A stretch of DNA of 64,000 bases, taken from Amoebidium appalachense. Lineage: Eukaryota; Protista; Ichthyosporea. This document shows positions 36,922 through 51,914 of this stretch, piece after piece. Numbering within the stretch: the first letter of the stretch is position 1; the number at the start of each line of letters is the position of its first letter. Below the pieces are notes generated by a model. That model was not told the origin of the DNA and searched no databases. It was given only the letters and a program-made list of their open reading frames with translations. Both the position numbers and the translations under genes were made by a program. Location of the stretch: contig CAVNZM010000001.1 in the NCBI GenBank assembly GCA_963693365.1, forward strand, positions 18,214,783-18,278,782. Direction: 5' to 3'.

Positions 36922-37610
36922 AACACACATGCACACCCTTCCCTCCCTTTCTTGTCTGCCTTCTCCCTCTCCTTATACAAACCGACCCACCTGCGGTATT
37001 CTTGGTCTCTGCCACTCACAACCCATTCCCTCTTCTTTTCCTTGATATCCCTTCTTTCCAGTCCTTGCGTCAGTATGTTAGCGTCTTATATGCTGACATG
37101 CAAGCACTCCCTCCCTCAACCCCCCCCCCAGACTCTCAGCCTCTATACACTATACACACACATAGACACCCTTGCATACACAGCATTACTTGTTCTATTT
37201 CTGTTGTATCCCACAGCTACCTCACCTGATGTTCCATTTTTCCGCATCTCTCTGGTTCTTTTGGTACTCTATTCTTTTCTTACCTTATGGTTGCTGTTAC
37301 ATTTGTGTAGTCTACCTAGCTTCTATTGGGCTCCGACCTTTCCCCTTCCAGTCGTTCCACGCCTCATCCTCCCCTCCCCGCCCCCTCCACCATCCCCCCC
37401 CCCCCCCCCCCCCTCAACACACATGCACACCCTTCCCTCCCTTTCTTGTCTGCCTTCTCTCTTATACAAACCGACCCACCTGCGGTATTCTTGGTCTCTG
37501 CCACTCACAACCCATCTCCTCTTCTTTTCCTTGATATCCCTTCTTTCCAGTCCTTGCGTCAGTATGTTAGCGTCTTATATGCTGACATGCAAGCACTCCC
37601 TCCCCTCAAC
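36640..37610. repeat. Tandem duplication, ~490-bp period, each unit ending in CCCTCAA + poly(C)
   Basis: CAGACTCTCAGCCTCTATACAC occurs at 36640 and 37129; the units are near-identical. Confidence 0.9.
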
Positions 37611-38318
37611 CCCCCCCCCCCCCCCCCCCCCCTTCCCCCCTCCCCCCACACCCGGTGCTGCCCCGTCAGCCTAGGCCTCCTCTTTTGCCATAAATATTTG
37701 GTTTCCTTCCTTTTTTGTGTGCTTGTCGCCCTTGTATGTTTTGTCCTTTAGGATATGTCGTCTCCCCGCCTGTACTGCTTGGTTGGTTCCTTCTTCGTCA
37801 CTAGAGCTCCTCTTTTTCCCATGTCTCTCTCTCTCTCTCTCTCCTCCCTCCCCCCCCCCCCCCCTTCCCCCCCCCCCGGCTCCCCCCTCCCCCCTCTCCC
37901 TTCCCCCTCTTGGGGTCTGTCGGCCTGTAAGGCATGCTCCTCCTGGTTACATCCAACTTGCATGGCTTTGTCCTTACCCACTCCGTGTCTATTCTAGGCA
38001 CACGATAGGTGCTGGTGGTTGTTTATCTTCAGGTACACGTAAATACCCATCCTCCGTTGCACCTTTCCCCATTTTTCCTCTCTCTCTGTGTGTGTGTGTG
38101 AGCTCACCTGTGCTATGCTCAACTAACCATCTCTTTCCTCATAGCTTGGCCCCTGCATCATATCCAAGGTTCTTGCATACTCTTCTCATCGTGATTCCGC
38201 CCCTCATCAACACACGCACGCGCACGCGTGCGCGCGCGCGCGCACACACACACACACACAGCACACAGCACACAGCACATATATACACATCCTATTTTAC
38301 AGTAGTCTAAGTCCTTTC

Positions 38319-38372
<54 letters not shown>

Positions 38373-38468
38373 GTTTTGCACAATGCATTAATGCTTACTG
38401 TATGCATCCGTCAACATGCACATATTTTTGTATATTCCCCCACTAGCAAGACACGAACATCATTGGTT

Positions 38469-38502
<34 letters not shown>

Positions 38503-39124
38503 CTCTGCACACCCCCTCCCCCCTTTCCCCCCTGATGCCTCCTCGTCCATAAATCCAACCCGCTAATCCATAAATCCCCCCCCCCCCCCCCCCCCCCCCT
38601 CCCTTCCAGAGGCCCCGCACATATGGTCACGGGGACTCTGACTGTCTAGCTTGTCTTGTGGCATCGGTGAAGTTTAGTTTCTTTTTGTGTACGAGTCTGC
38701 GAAGTTTCGTGCCAAGCGAACTTAAACCATGCCTTACCCACACCCCTTTCGTGGGTGTTAGAGGTGGTGCTTATGGTCGTTATGCATGTCACATGCTCAT
38801 ACCCTGGGCACATGTTCAGTTGTTTGGCTGCATGATTGTCGCGCACCGCCGTTTTTGTAGGCATATGTTTGCTGGACCTGAAAACTAAGTGGAATATGCC
38901 GTACACATGTTTCTCAAGTGTTCGTTGTATTCCACACACCGCCTACTTGATAGTGCGCATATGCAGTCACCCAAATCTTTGTCTAACCCACACTTTCCCC
39001 CCTTTTTGTACACAGGTCTCCACAACGACGACTGGGCCACTTCTGACCCATGACCTCTCAACCCAGCACACGCAGTAATGCAGGCCCGACACATACGTCT
39101 GGCGCACCTCCCTGAAACTTCACC

Positions 39125-42100
39125 ATGTCGGGGGGAGGCCACACATATAACCAGTGGCAAGGCCCACCCATGGGGAGGCAAATGGGTGGGATGGGCGGGA
39201 TATCCGGTATGCCCATGGGCGGAGGGGGGATTGGGGGCGGCGGATTTGGCGGTCAGGGAGGCCTAGATTTGGGCATTTTGGATTCGTTAGACCAGCCCCA
39301 AATGGGTGGAGGGGGGCTTGGAATGTTGTCCAACGGGTTGAATTCATTGGGCGGCGGTGGCGGCGGCGGTGGCCAGCAGGGTGGGAGTTTTCTCGGTATG
39401 GGCAGTTACGGAATGGGGAATAAGCCCGAACCTCGCACATCCAGTGGTGGCCTGGGATTGGGCCAGGGCGGGTTGGGCGGAATGGGGCTGGGTGGGCAGC
39501 AGATGAGAGGGGGGTTTTTCCGGACGGGCGAGTATGGACAATTCAGGATTAGGGGTGGGCATGGGCGGCACGGATGAGTGGAGCATCGTCCAGAGCTTGA
39601 TCGGATCGGGTTCGATGGACCAGCAATCGTATGCGCCCCAGCGACTACCCCCGCAGAGCACAGGCCGGTCGGCATCTATGGGAGGCATGGGCATGGGGCA
39701 AGGAATGGGGGTAGTTCGGCGAGACAGCCAGGGTATGTTTGGGCTGCAGGGACAGGGCCAGCTAGGGATGATGGGTGGGCAGGGCGGCGAGGCCATGCAC
39801 AGCCAGGGGGGACCTGCAGCCCAGCGGGGGTCGTTCCAGCAGTTGGGACAGGTGCCAGGGGGCAGCATGGGCATGGGGGGCCAGCAGGTGTACATGGACC
39901 AGCACTTCAGCCCCTCCCTGGCCCCCCACACCCAGCAGCAACCCCCTCGGCCCATGCGCCAGGGCTCCATGCCCTTTGGCCAGCAGCCGGGCCTGATGCT
40001 TGGCCAGGCCATGCCCCAGCAGCAGCAGCAGCAACCACGCCCTGTAGGGCTTAGGCCTGCAGGGCAACCGGGTGGGGGGAGGGAGGGCCAGATGGGACTT
40101 GGGGGCATGCCTCCGTTCGCCATGGCCGGGCAGGCACCGCGACCCAGGGCACAGCTAGGCACTGCCCCATTGGCCCCCCAGCCAAAGATGTACCCACAGG
40201 GCCAGCAGGACCAGCTCGGCTGGCCCGGTGCAAACGGGGGCATGGGTGGCGCTGAGGCCCTGCCACCACAGTTTGACAAGGGGCTGGACGGGGATGTGCT
40301 CGGGTTTCTTGACCCCACCACCGGCCTGATTCAGTTTGCTGACGGCCCCGTAGGCCCTGCTGACCCGCTAGGCCCACGCCTGGGCCTGGGGGACCCCTAT
40401 GCCCAGCAACAGCAGAAGCAAGCACTCCAACAGCAGCAGCAGCAGCGGTTCCCGGGTGCCCCCTGTGCCGGTGGCACCCCACCACGGATCACGTGCACCG
40501 TCGCCACCTCCACTCGGCCCACCCGCCAAAAAGCGAAAACAAAGCAACCAGTCCTTAGTGGAGCCCGGCGCGGCACCCAGGGGCAGAGGCAGAGGGAGAG
40601 GGAGAGGGAGGGGACGGGGTGGGGCTGGTGGGGCGCCACCAGAAACACCTCCGGACGATATGCCCCCGCCACAGAGGCCCCAGATGCCGGGCAGCGAGGG
40701 ATTGTCCCCTGCATCCCGACCACCACAAACACCCACGGGGCAGAGAGATGCACGTGGGGTGGACCCGCGGGTGCATGATTTCTACCGGGGGTTGGAGCAG
40801 GGTATGCCACAACCGGTCCCGGGTGGGCGACCCCAGCACACACCGCAGCAGCAGCAGCAGCCCAAGCAGCAGTGGCAGCAGGGAGGTGGGAACGTGCCTG
40901 AGGTGCGCACCATGGACGACCCGAAGTTTGGCCAGGGCCTGCTTCCGGCCCGGCAGCCACAGATGGCATCCATGGGCCCACCCCCAGTGCCCGGCCCAGG
41001 CCCAGGCGGGGGACTACAGCAGTTGCAGACGCCCGATCGACTTGGCAGGCAGGGCGGACCGGCAGCGTCTCCAGCTACGTCAAACACGTCCGGGGGGGCA
41101 GGGTCCCAGGGGGCATCCCCCATGATCTACAAGCAGCAGCAGCAGCAGGGTAGCCCGTGGGGTGCTGGGCCACAGAAGGAGGCCCCCCCGGGGGGACGGC
41201 AGCCCGGCAGCATGGGCCCACCGGGATGGAACCGAGGGGACATGGAGCATGAGGGTCCCCGGCACAGCCTGCAGCCACCCGGGGGCCCACCCAGCCGCAC
41301 CAGCTCCCAGGCCAATCTTATGCCGTCACCAAACAGGTCCGGCAGGTCATCCCCCTCATGGGATGATGCCCATGACCCCCAGCCGAGGGACAGACCCCCC
41401 CAGCAGCAGCCCCCAAGGTCAGCACCGCCATCGGCCAAGCAGCACCGTGGGTCTGGGGAGCTGGATGTGTGGCCACCAAATGCACAGCCCCAGCGCCAAG
41501 GGCATGAATGGCCCCTCGATGCACAGCGCCAGGACTTGGCACGGCTGCAGGAGGCGCAGCGGTGGCACGAGCAGCAGCAGCAGCAGAGAGAGAGGGACAT
41601 GCAGGGCATGCAGCAGCAGCGAGAGAGGGGAATTGCAGCAGCAGCAACAACAACAACAACAGCGGGACAGAGAAATGTTGCAGCAGCAGCAGCGGGAGAG
41701 AGAGCAACAGCAGCAGCGGGAGAGAGAGCAGCAACAGCAGCGTGATAGAGACATGCAGGTGCAGCAGCAGCGGGAGAGAGAGCTGCAGCAGCAACGGCAG
41801 GAGCTCAAACGGCAGCAGGAGGCCCGCAGCCGCCAGCAGATGGACCTGCAAGACATGGACCCCTTTGCCGATTTTGGTGCCCGTCGTGACCCGCGGCACG
41901 AGCTTGCCCAGCATGACCGTGCAGCGATGGCTAGGCCATCAGACGTGCCGCCGCCGCAGCGTGGTGACATGGGCCAGCAGCGACCCGATAGACCGGTCCG
42001 GCCCGACCGCATGGACATGGACCAGCCGGACGCCGGTCGATACGGTATGAGCCAACCAGACCGGGGTCCCGGGCGCGAGCGGGGGCCTGGTACGGCAGGG

Positions 42101-42483
42101 GCAGAGGGGCAGGGGCAGCAGGCAGGGGGCCGGGGGGAGGGCCTGGGAAGCATAGGCAGGGACAAGCTCGAGGAGATGATGCAGAAGCTTGTGGCGGCAA
42201 ACCCGGCCCTGGCTAACCGCACAGACCTGCAGAAGATATTGCTGCAGAAGCTGCAGGAGGTCAGGCGCCCACAGGTGCAAACCCCACTCATGTTCAAGTG
42301 AAACAGTATCTGAGTTGGGTTTCGTTAACGAGGGGAATAGGTCGAAACTCGGGTACTGTGGATGACGTGGGCCCCCCCTGAGGATGGGCTCTGCTTATTA
42401 TGCATACTCTTTATGTATGGCTTGCATTCTGCATCGTGTTATCCGTTTGTTCTTGTGTACTTCGTACTTTTTGACGCATTCAA

Positions 42484-42550
<67 letters not shown>

Positions 42551-42664
42551 CACCCTACATGCGCTCACCTCTTTGGCCCTCTGGGACCGACACACACAGA
42601 GAGAGAGAGAGAGAGAGATGTGCAAACGGGCACCGGATGATGAAAACCGACACACGCACACACA

Positions 42665-42705
<41 letters not shown>

Positions 42706-42976
42706 ACACACACACACGCACGCACACGCACACACACACAGGGGCACGGAAGCTATCATTAGAAAGCTCTTGTATGCCTGTTGCATAAATGCCTTTGTAG
42801 TTAGGAATGTGTCGACAACGATGGTGAATGTTAATCCTTACTGCTTGAGGCTGTGGAGAGGAGGCGAGATAGAGCAATGCTGTTTTAGTTACGTTTTGCT
42901 GTGGAGAGAGGGTACGAAAGGGGGCATCCTCGGTGGAGTGTTCCTTTTTTCTGCGTGTGTGGGTGGGTGGGTGTGT

Positions 42977-43045
<69 letters not shown>

Positions 43046-45677
43046 GCGTAGGGCCATGTTGTGTCCGTGGCTAGAACGCGTCACAAGAGATTATCAGCTT
43101 CCGTTGTGGTTCTTGCTCTTCGAGCTGTCGTCTGCGCACTTCGGACACATGTATTTTACACAAATGCTTTGCAGTATTATCGATGGTCTATGTTCTTACA
43201 TGCCGTTTATTCCCCACAGCAGCAGCAGCAGCAGCAGCAGGGGCAGAGGGATGGCCGAGACAACCGTGAGGCACCGGATGAGAGGCACGGTGGGCGGGAC
43301 CTGCGCCCAGGCCAGCTGCAGCACCCAGGCATGATGCACAGCCCAGGCATGTCCCCGGGCTCATCTCCGGCCGTACGGCCCCAGAGTGCCCTGCTGGGCC
43401 AGCGCCTGCCAGACCCCATGAACGAGGGCCGGGGTGACCAGCCCAGGCGCCCTGCCCAGGAACCAGACATGCGCCGGCCAGGCCCAGACGGCGAGATGGG
43501 CCGACCCGGCCCGGAGGGTGACATGCGCCGGCCCGGCCCGGAGGGCAACATGCGAAGGCTCGGGTCTGACAGCGATATGCGACGAGCCGGGATCGAGGGT
43601 GACCTTCGGCGGCTTGGCCCGAATAGTGACATGCGGTGGACAGGCCCGGAGGGAGACATGCGGCGGCCCGGCCTAGATGGTGACATGCGGCGGCTCGGCC
43701 CGGAGGGTGACATGCGGAGGCCCGGCCCGGAGGGTGACATGCGGCGGCCTGGCCCAGAGGGTGACATGCGGCGGCCCGGCCCGGAGGGTGACATGCGGCG
43801 GCCTGGCCCGGAGGGTGACATGCGGCGGCCCGGCCCAGAGGGTGACATGCGGCGGCCTGGTCCGGAGGGTGACATGCGGCGACCTGGCCCGGAGGGTGGT
43901 ATGCGCAGGCCTGGGCCTGAGAACGACATGCGGAGGCCGGGCCTGGAGGGTGACATGCGGCGGCCCGGTTCGGAAAGTGGCATTCGGCTGCCCGGCCCAG
44001 AGGGCGACATGCGACGGTTGGGCCCTGAAGGTGACATGCGACGGCCCGGTTTGGACGCAGATATGCGACGGCCAGGCTCAGAGATGGAAGGGCGGCGGGC
44101 AGGTCCGGATAGCGAGATGCGGAGGCCCGGTGCAGAGGGAGACATGCGGCGATTTGATCAGTGGGGAGGACTCCAAGAGCAGGCCCCACCTCAGCGTCCT
44201 AGTGGGGCTAAGCCCTCTGGACCTCAGCGCGAAAATGGTGGTGGTCTGGACAGTCGGATGCCTGTAGGTGCACCGACAGCCAGGGGTGACAGCCGGCCGG
44301 AAATTCGAAAGAATAGCGGTGACCTGTATGATGTGCACGGGGAGTTTGGGCCTGGGCAAGACCCATGGGAGGCTGAGAAACGGCCAGCAAGGGGGCCACA
44401 TGGGGACATGGGCTATGATGGCCGGGCACCACGGCACCTGACAGCAATGGACGAGGCTCCACGGGGGCCAGGCAGACCCGCAGGCCCACCGGTTGACTCG
44501 TCCCCACGGCCAGGCATGACCCCCGCCGACCCATATGAAGACTTCAGGCAGAAGCAACCGAGTATGGCCCCCGGCAGGGGTGCGCCACTAGCCGACCGAT
44601 ATGCTGATGACCCCGATATGGGCCGATTTGCTGCCCGGGGCAGGCTCTCACCCGGCCCCAGGGGTGGGCCCCCACCGCGGCCCTTTGATACCGAGGGATA
44701 TCCCGACCGCATGCCCCGGCCATCATCAGAGGCAGTCCGCACGGCACTTTTGGGTCCAGATCGGCCCGACAATGATTTTGGCCGACCCGGAAGGCAACCT
44801 GGTCGACTCGGGGCGGGACCTGAATGGGCTATGGATGAGGACCACCCAGCACAGCACAGCCAGTCACCGCACCCACCCACCAGGGCCATGCTCCCAGATA
44901 GCGCCCCTGGCCGGCCCAGGTTCCCAGCAGGCAGGCACCGAAGGGATGATGAGGGCCCACCCCCAAGGCCCAGGCAGCCCCCCGACACCGACAGGGAGCC
45001 TATGGACAGGGAGAGAGACTGGGCCGCCCCCCACGCGCGCGATCAGTGGACCAGGTCACCCTTGGTTCGACCCGGAGATCGAGTCGGAGATCGACCCGGC
45101 CCGGATGCCGACCTCGGCCCACCGTTTGGCATGGAGGAGCGCAGACCGAAGCAACCTGGCGCAGCACGGCATGACCCCCGAGACATTCCAGATTTTGGGG
45201 ATATGCCTGGGGGCATGGCAGCAGATCCCCGAGGGGGCCCTAGACGTACGTCGGCCGATACGCAGAGAGGGCCCATGGGTGACAGAGACATGCCCCCACG
45301 TACACGGGCACCAAGCATCCCTGTTGGGTCCCCTGCGGAGGCCCCAGTTCGTCACACGCCTCGGAGGATGGGGTCGGTAGGGTCTGTGGGTGAGGGGTCT
45401 GAGAGGGACATGGGTGAGGAGTGGAGGTCAGGGTCGCACATGGGGTCCAAGGGCAGGGAGATGTCTAGTGAGCCTGAGGAGGGCAGTGAGGCTGCACTGA
45501 GACGGACCTTTAACCAGAACTTGATCGAGGTGCTGCTGCAGAAGGGCGGTACGGTACCCTCCTTAACTACATACTGGCTACTTGCCTGTGACTTGCTCCC
45601 TGCACGGGCGATGTATGGCTCTGTTAGTTCTCTTACGTTCTCTTTCTCTTCTCTCTCTCCCTCTCTCCCTCTCTCTC

Positions 45678-45725
<48 letters not shown>

Positions 45726-45838
45726 CCTCCCTCCCTCCCTCCCTCCCCCTCCCCCTTCTCCTCCCCTCTCCCCCCCCCCCTCCCCCCCCCTCCCTCGCTC
45801 TCCTTTTCCCTCCCCCTTCTCCCCATCTCCCCCCCTTG

Positions 45839-45916
<78 letters not shown>

Positions 45917-46039
45917 CTCCCTCCCTCCCTCCCTCCCTCCCTCCCTCCCCCCCTCCCCCTTCTCCCTCCCCTCTCCCCCCCCCCCTCCCCCCCTCCCTCG
46001 CTCTCCTTTTCCCTCCCCCTTCTCCCCATCTCCCCCCCT

Positions 46040-46097
<58 letters not shown>

Positions 46098-47579
46098 CCT
46101 CCCTCCCTCCCTCCCTCCCTCCCCCCCCCCTCCCCCTTCTCCTCCCTTCTCCCCACCCTCCCCCCCCCCCCCTCCCTCGCTCTCCTTTTCCCTCCCCCTT
46201 CTCCCCATCTCCCCCCCTTGTCCCTCTCTCCCCCTCCCCCCCCCCCCCCCCCCCCCCCCCCCCCGCGCCCGCCCGCTCCCCACTTTCTCTCCCTCTCGTT
46301 TTTCAACCTCTCCGTTCTCTCCCCCTTACTCTCCGAGCGTGTCTTCTCTTTCACCCCCTTTCCCCCTCTTAGCATCTCACCCCTGCTTCCTTACCCCTTT
46401 TTCTCCCCCTTCTGCCCACCTCGCCCCCTTTCTCTGCTCCCCCCTACCCCATTTTCTGCTGCTGCCAGCCACACTTGAGTTTGAAAGGCAGTTACCACAC
46501 ACCTGCCTTGTCTTCTTTTCACAACAGATGACCTTGCAACGCTCTTACTATTCGCACCTTGACGTGCAGGGAATGTTTTGTGTTGCTGTGATGGTATGCC
46601 TGCAAGGAATTAGGCCTGTAGGCTGATTGTGCCGCAAATGAATGTTGATGGGGAGCTTTTCTTGGTGTCCACTTTTTAAGGATGGAGAGGTGGCCAAGGG
46701 AGGGGTTTTTTCTTGGTAGATCGTGGCATTGGCTGTGCACCTATGAAAAGGCGATATTGGCTTCCCAGCTCATGCTTGAGAGGAATGGAGGCGGGATTCA
46801 CGAGCTTGTTATTTCCTGACGTTAAGAATCCGTGTGTTGTGTAACTTGAAGGGAGGCCTGACCGGGTGTTGTTTGGGTGCAGAGGAGCCCAACACACGGC
46901 CAAAGATCGGGGGCCAAACGGTCGACCTTTTCAAGCTGTACAACCTCGTGACGTAAGTCTCTGTTCCCGCATTATAGCAATATAAGCACCCCGTATCTTC
47001 TTGCTGCCCCTCAACCCTCAAGCCTAGAAATGCCTTGATGACGAATTACTGGCCTTTTCCCCCTCCTTTATTTTGCCCCTCGATTTCCATGTATCCCCAC
47101 CACCACCACCATCACCACTGAACCCCCTTTTATTCTTTTTTGTCAGACCTTGCTTCTGCCGTGGGAATCCACTGATAGCTGCCGACGCCAGAATACCCGG
47201 CATCACCAATATATTAATAGACCCGTTATCGCTCTAGGATGTCTTGCTCTTTCGGCCTAACAACTACTGCACATGCATGTTTGCGGCGTGAAAGCGTTGG
47301 AGGCGGAGAGTGTATTGATGAGCGTTGCAGCAGGTATTTCCGGTATTTGAATTTCCTGGATTATTCTGACCGTGTTTTTCATCTGACCCTTTTACTCTAG
47401 GAGCAATGGTGGGCACCTGGACATCACGTGCAAACGTTACTGGCCACTGCTTTGCGATGCATTGGGATTCCCACGCCAGTACTCGTACGTGTAATTTTCT
47501 TGCTAATCCCTTTACCCAAGTACCTTGAGTATGTTTGCTGCTGGTGCAGTTCACACACACACATAAACACACACACACT

Positions 47580-47611
<32 letters not shown>

Positions 47612-48054
47612 TGCACACACATGCACACGCAAGCAAGCATGCACACACCAGGAACATCGGTGCATGAGAGCTTGCATTCTGTGCGGCTGTTGGTGCTCAC
47701 TTTTTCATAGTCTCTGATGACAAGAGCCAGCCAGATATTACGGATTATATCTATACATGGTGTATTGTTCCTCCCACCTCCTGATATGGCCTTTCCCCTT
47801 CACATACAACTAAGTGTATATTGCCCGCACCACAGAAGTCGTTTTGCCCCAGAAAGGTGCAGTGCCTTGCTCTTGGGTGGGCTTCATGACTTCCCTTCCT
47901 ATGCACATACATACACACACACATACACACACACCATGCACACCATATACACACACACAGACGTGCAGGGGAACGCAGATGCACGTGCAGCTTACACAAT
48001 GCAAGTACACTCAAGGCCAATGCATGCTCACAAGAAGAAAAATCGAGCCAAAAG

Positions 48055-48116
<62 letters not shown>

Positions 48117-48310
48117 ACACGTGCGCACGCACGCACACATACACTTGCATCTTTACATGTAGGTTTCTTCTCATGTTCTCGGCCTTACAGGGCCAAGCTA
48201 TGGGCTGTGTATCTGCGGTATCTTGAGCCCTATGAGAGGGAGTACTATCGCCTCCCTGCCAGACCCCCCAAGTCTCATTCTCCTCCACCTCCTGAAGGTG
48301 AGTGAAGGAG

Positions 48311-48346
<36 letters not shown>

Positions 48347-49690
48347 CTCCCTACCTCCTCCTGACCCTCTCTCCTTCCCCTTCCCTCCTCCTCTTCCTCC
48401 TCCTCTTCCTCCTCCTCCCCCTATCCTTCTTTCCCCGTCTTTCCCTAGCCACCAGTACCCTCTTCCTTTTCACGATATCCTCAAAGCCACATCCCTGTTT
48501 CTATGACAGGGAAGGCCTGTACATATGCAGTCATGTGCTCCACAAGCCTCCTGCCTGCCCAACTACTTCAAAAAATCCTTTCTTGGTAAACATAGCCACC
48601 CCCTTTGCTCCTATGTTCATATCAGCAGACGTGGTTTGTGTGGCACAGGGTTTGTGAGAAACCAAAGGTTTCTTGTTCCAGCGGGACTGTGGCGGAGGCT
48701 GCCCCCGAGGGCGGGGAGGGGGGGAGGGGGGAGGGGGGAGGGGGGATGGGGGGGGATATATGTGAAAGATGCTGATGTGAAAATGGGTGGCACAGCACCG
48801 GTGATCTCTATAGTGCAGCCTGCCTGCATTGAGAAGGTCACGCCAGAGTTCAGGCGCCGCCCAAGGATACGAAAGGAGATGCTCGGTGGGTACCCCCTAC
48901 TTAGGCCCCACTCGAAAGGAACACACATGTGCACGGGCATCCTACTTGCATCCTTACATGGTTTAACCCCAACTCAAACCATTCCAAGCACACCCGGCGT
49001 GCCTGCTTGTGCATGCAGTCGTATACAAGCACATTTGCATGTAGTGATCGTGCACGACGTACATCACTCTCGCAACAGTATGCATATGCATCGATGCTGT
49101 ATTGCTACTGGTATGAGTGGAACCAGCAACCAACCCATGATCACAACCTTAGAAGATCAGATGTAAGCAATCAGCCAAGCAGACATACAAGTCAGCCGTA
49201 ACTCTTTCTCTCTCTCTCCTTCGCTGTCGAACTCTCTTTTTCTCCCACTCTTTCTCCCTTGGCCCTCGCGTTGGCTCTTCTTCTTTCGTCCTTCTCTTTT
49301 CCCTCCCTCTCCCTCCCTCCCCCTTCCCACCACGACCAGCAGGCTCTCTCAACGGCCAATCTTACCCTGGCTCTCTCAACCGCCTAGACTTGCCCTAACC
49401 ACCAACGAACACTAGTGTTGCTCCCCGTCACTATTTGCTCTCCATGTAGTTTAATTTCCCGTTCGCTCCACGCTAACCCCCACATCTGCACGTGTTTCTG
49501 GGTTTTTTTGTTTTTTTTTGCAGGCGGGATCAACCTAGGGGTGGTTGTGCGTGCGCTGCAGTGCGGTGCGCTTGGGGAGACCACATATGCGCTCAACACC
49601 CTACTTGTGCTGTCTGCCGAGAGCATCCTGAGCATAGCCCGTATCTCAAATATGTTGGATGCCCTGACACAGCACTGTGCCGTATGACAC

Positions 49691-49744
<54 letters not shown>

Positions 49745-50279
49745 TGTAGTCCTCCTTACGCCCGGATGGGCTCCATGGCCCTCACTACCACGGTAAACGC
49801 GTGTGTTTGTTGGCAGGTTACAGATGCTCTCATCCTGCACAGGAGAGGAAATAACGGGAAAAGGGCACAAAACCACACATCTTCGGGTAGAGACAGGAGA
49901 ATGCAGCCCAGTTGCTGTTTCTCCACATGCTGCCACCAGCCTGATGTGACCAGGTTGCTCAGAGAGTTCGGTTATGATGATTTGACCGGTGAAAATCAAC
50001 AAGTACAACACAGCGCACATTAGGTTGTTTTTTTACTGCACAAGTGATGATGCTGTTAATCGCAGTGAGGCAGAGTGCTATGGGCATTATGGGATGGTGG
50101 TACCATTATACCCGAATTAGTTACCACCACCCACACGGCTATTGCTAGGTGCTAAATCAATGCCGCAGGTGGTGATGGCTAGTCTGGGCATGCTGCCTCA
50201 AAGCCAACACATGGACCCACCATTTGGCATCGACTTTACCGTTTTGGGGGACACCCTGGCTTCAAACCCACTAGGTATG

Positions 50280-50313
<34 letters not shown>

Positions 50314-50733
50314 TGGTGTTGGGGGGGGGGGGGGGGGGGGGGGGGGCAGGATTGGTTGTGGGTCTAGATATTGTGTTAGTGTGGGTTTTTGTACGGGGGT
50401 TTAACAGTCTCGACCCTTTAAATGATGGCTGTCCGTATATTCCCACTTTTTTGTTTGTTTTATGAAAACCATTAAATGATTTATGTTTTGTTTGTTTTCG
50501 TTTGTTTATTTTTATTTTTTTTTTATTTATTTTTTTTTTTTTGGGGGGGGGGGGGGGGGGAGAAGAGTGGTTTGAGGGGGATGATGGGGGGAGGGGGGGG
50601 GGGGGAGGGGGCAGAAGCTTGGCGGTCTGTCGGTGGGTAGTTGTCAGAGTGTGTGTTTTGTTTGGGGGGGGGGGGGGGGGGGGGGGGTATATACCTAGAC
50701 ACGAGATGAAGTATGGGCACATATTAAGCCGAT

Positions 50734-50788
<55 letters not shown>

Positions 50789-51546
50789 TGCAGTGGTGGA
50801 GGGGGGCTACGGCCTTGATGACGAAGAGCGCCTACTCAACCCATTTACGGGCAAATATGCTGATGCGGAAAAACGCCTGGCACGCCTACAGGCCACCACC
50901 ACCATCATATACAACCTGTCGGAGCTGCAGCAAAACGCTGCCGAGATGGGCCGGGACCTGTCTCTTATCTACCTGCTCGTTGCATTGCTCTGTTCCGGTA
51001 GCGTCATCCCACGAAAAACCCAAAACGGGAATGAACAGAACCCAACATCACCCACGAATGAAACCGAAATGCAACAGCAAGCTCTTGGTGAGGGTCGGGA
51101 TGGGGGCTGCGTGGAAGAGTCACGAGAGCAAAACGGCGAGAATGGGGTGGTAAAGGAGGAAACAAGAGGTGATATGCATGTCGGGACGGTTCATACAGAA
51201 ATGACAGACGCAGAGGAATTCAGTTACACGGACGAAAGGGGCGAAAGGGAAGAAGATGTGGATGTGTCTGATTCGGAATACGGAGAGGGTGAAAACGAAG
51301 ATGGGGAGATGGAGGGTGAACATGAGAAGGTCGATGTGCCTGCACTCGAACAGGAAACGGCGTTGGCAACGGTAGCCAATTTGGCCGAGTATCTAGACTT
51401 TGCTGCCATGGATGCAAAGTACCCCGGCCTGTCCCTAGCCCTCGTGGACGGCCTGTTGGAGTTCTCTCGTTTTGCTGAAAGGGAGCCTATGGGGGAGCAT
51501 TCGGTGGTTAGTGCTTTATCCCATCCCCCCTCCCTCCCCCCCTCCC

Positions 51547-51595
<49 letters not shown>

Positions 51596-51881
51596 GCACA
51601 CATTCGCACCACCACCACCACCTCCTCCTCCTCCTCCGCCTCCGCCTCCTCCCCCCCCTCCCACCCCCCCCCCACACACACACACACATCGCCACGACAT
51701 TTACCACCACCTCCTCCTCCTGCTCGTTACCGATTTTTCGACTCACTCACACGCATACTCGCACGTGCGCATACACACACACACACATGCACGCTCATCT
51801 CACACACCCTCGTCCTTTAGAAACATAACCTTCCGTGCCTCTCCACTTAGGCAATCTGAGACATTTTTCAAGTGACACACA

Positions 51882-51914
<33 letters not shown>

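Noticed and set aside
39495-41635. Three frame changes in the first ARID1-like exon (~39510, ~40460, ~41628) as programmed frameshifts or pseudogenisation
   Set aside because: All fall in G, C or T homopolymer runs and the downstream domains are intact, so sequencing or consensus indels are the simplest explanation.
43481-44155. CRISPR-like array
   Set aside because: Contiguous 27-bp coding tandem repeat without unique spacers, in a eukaryotic exon.
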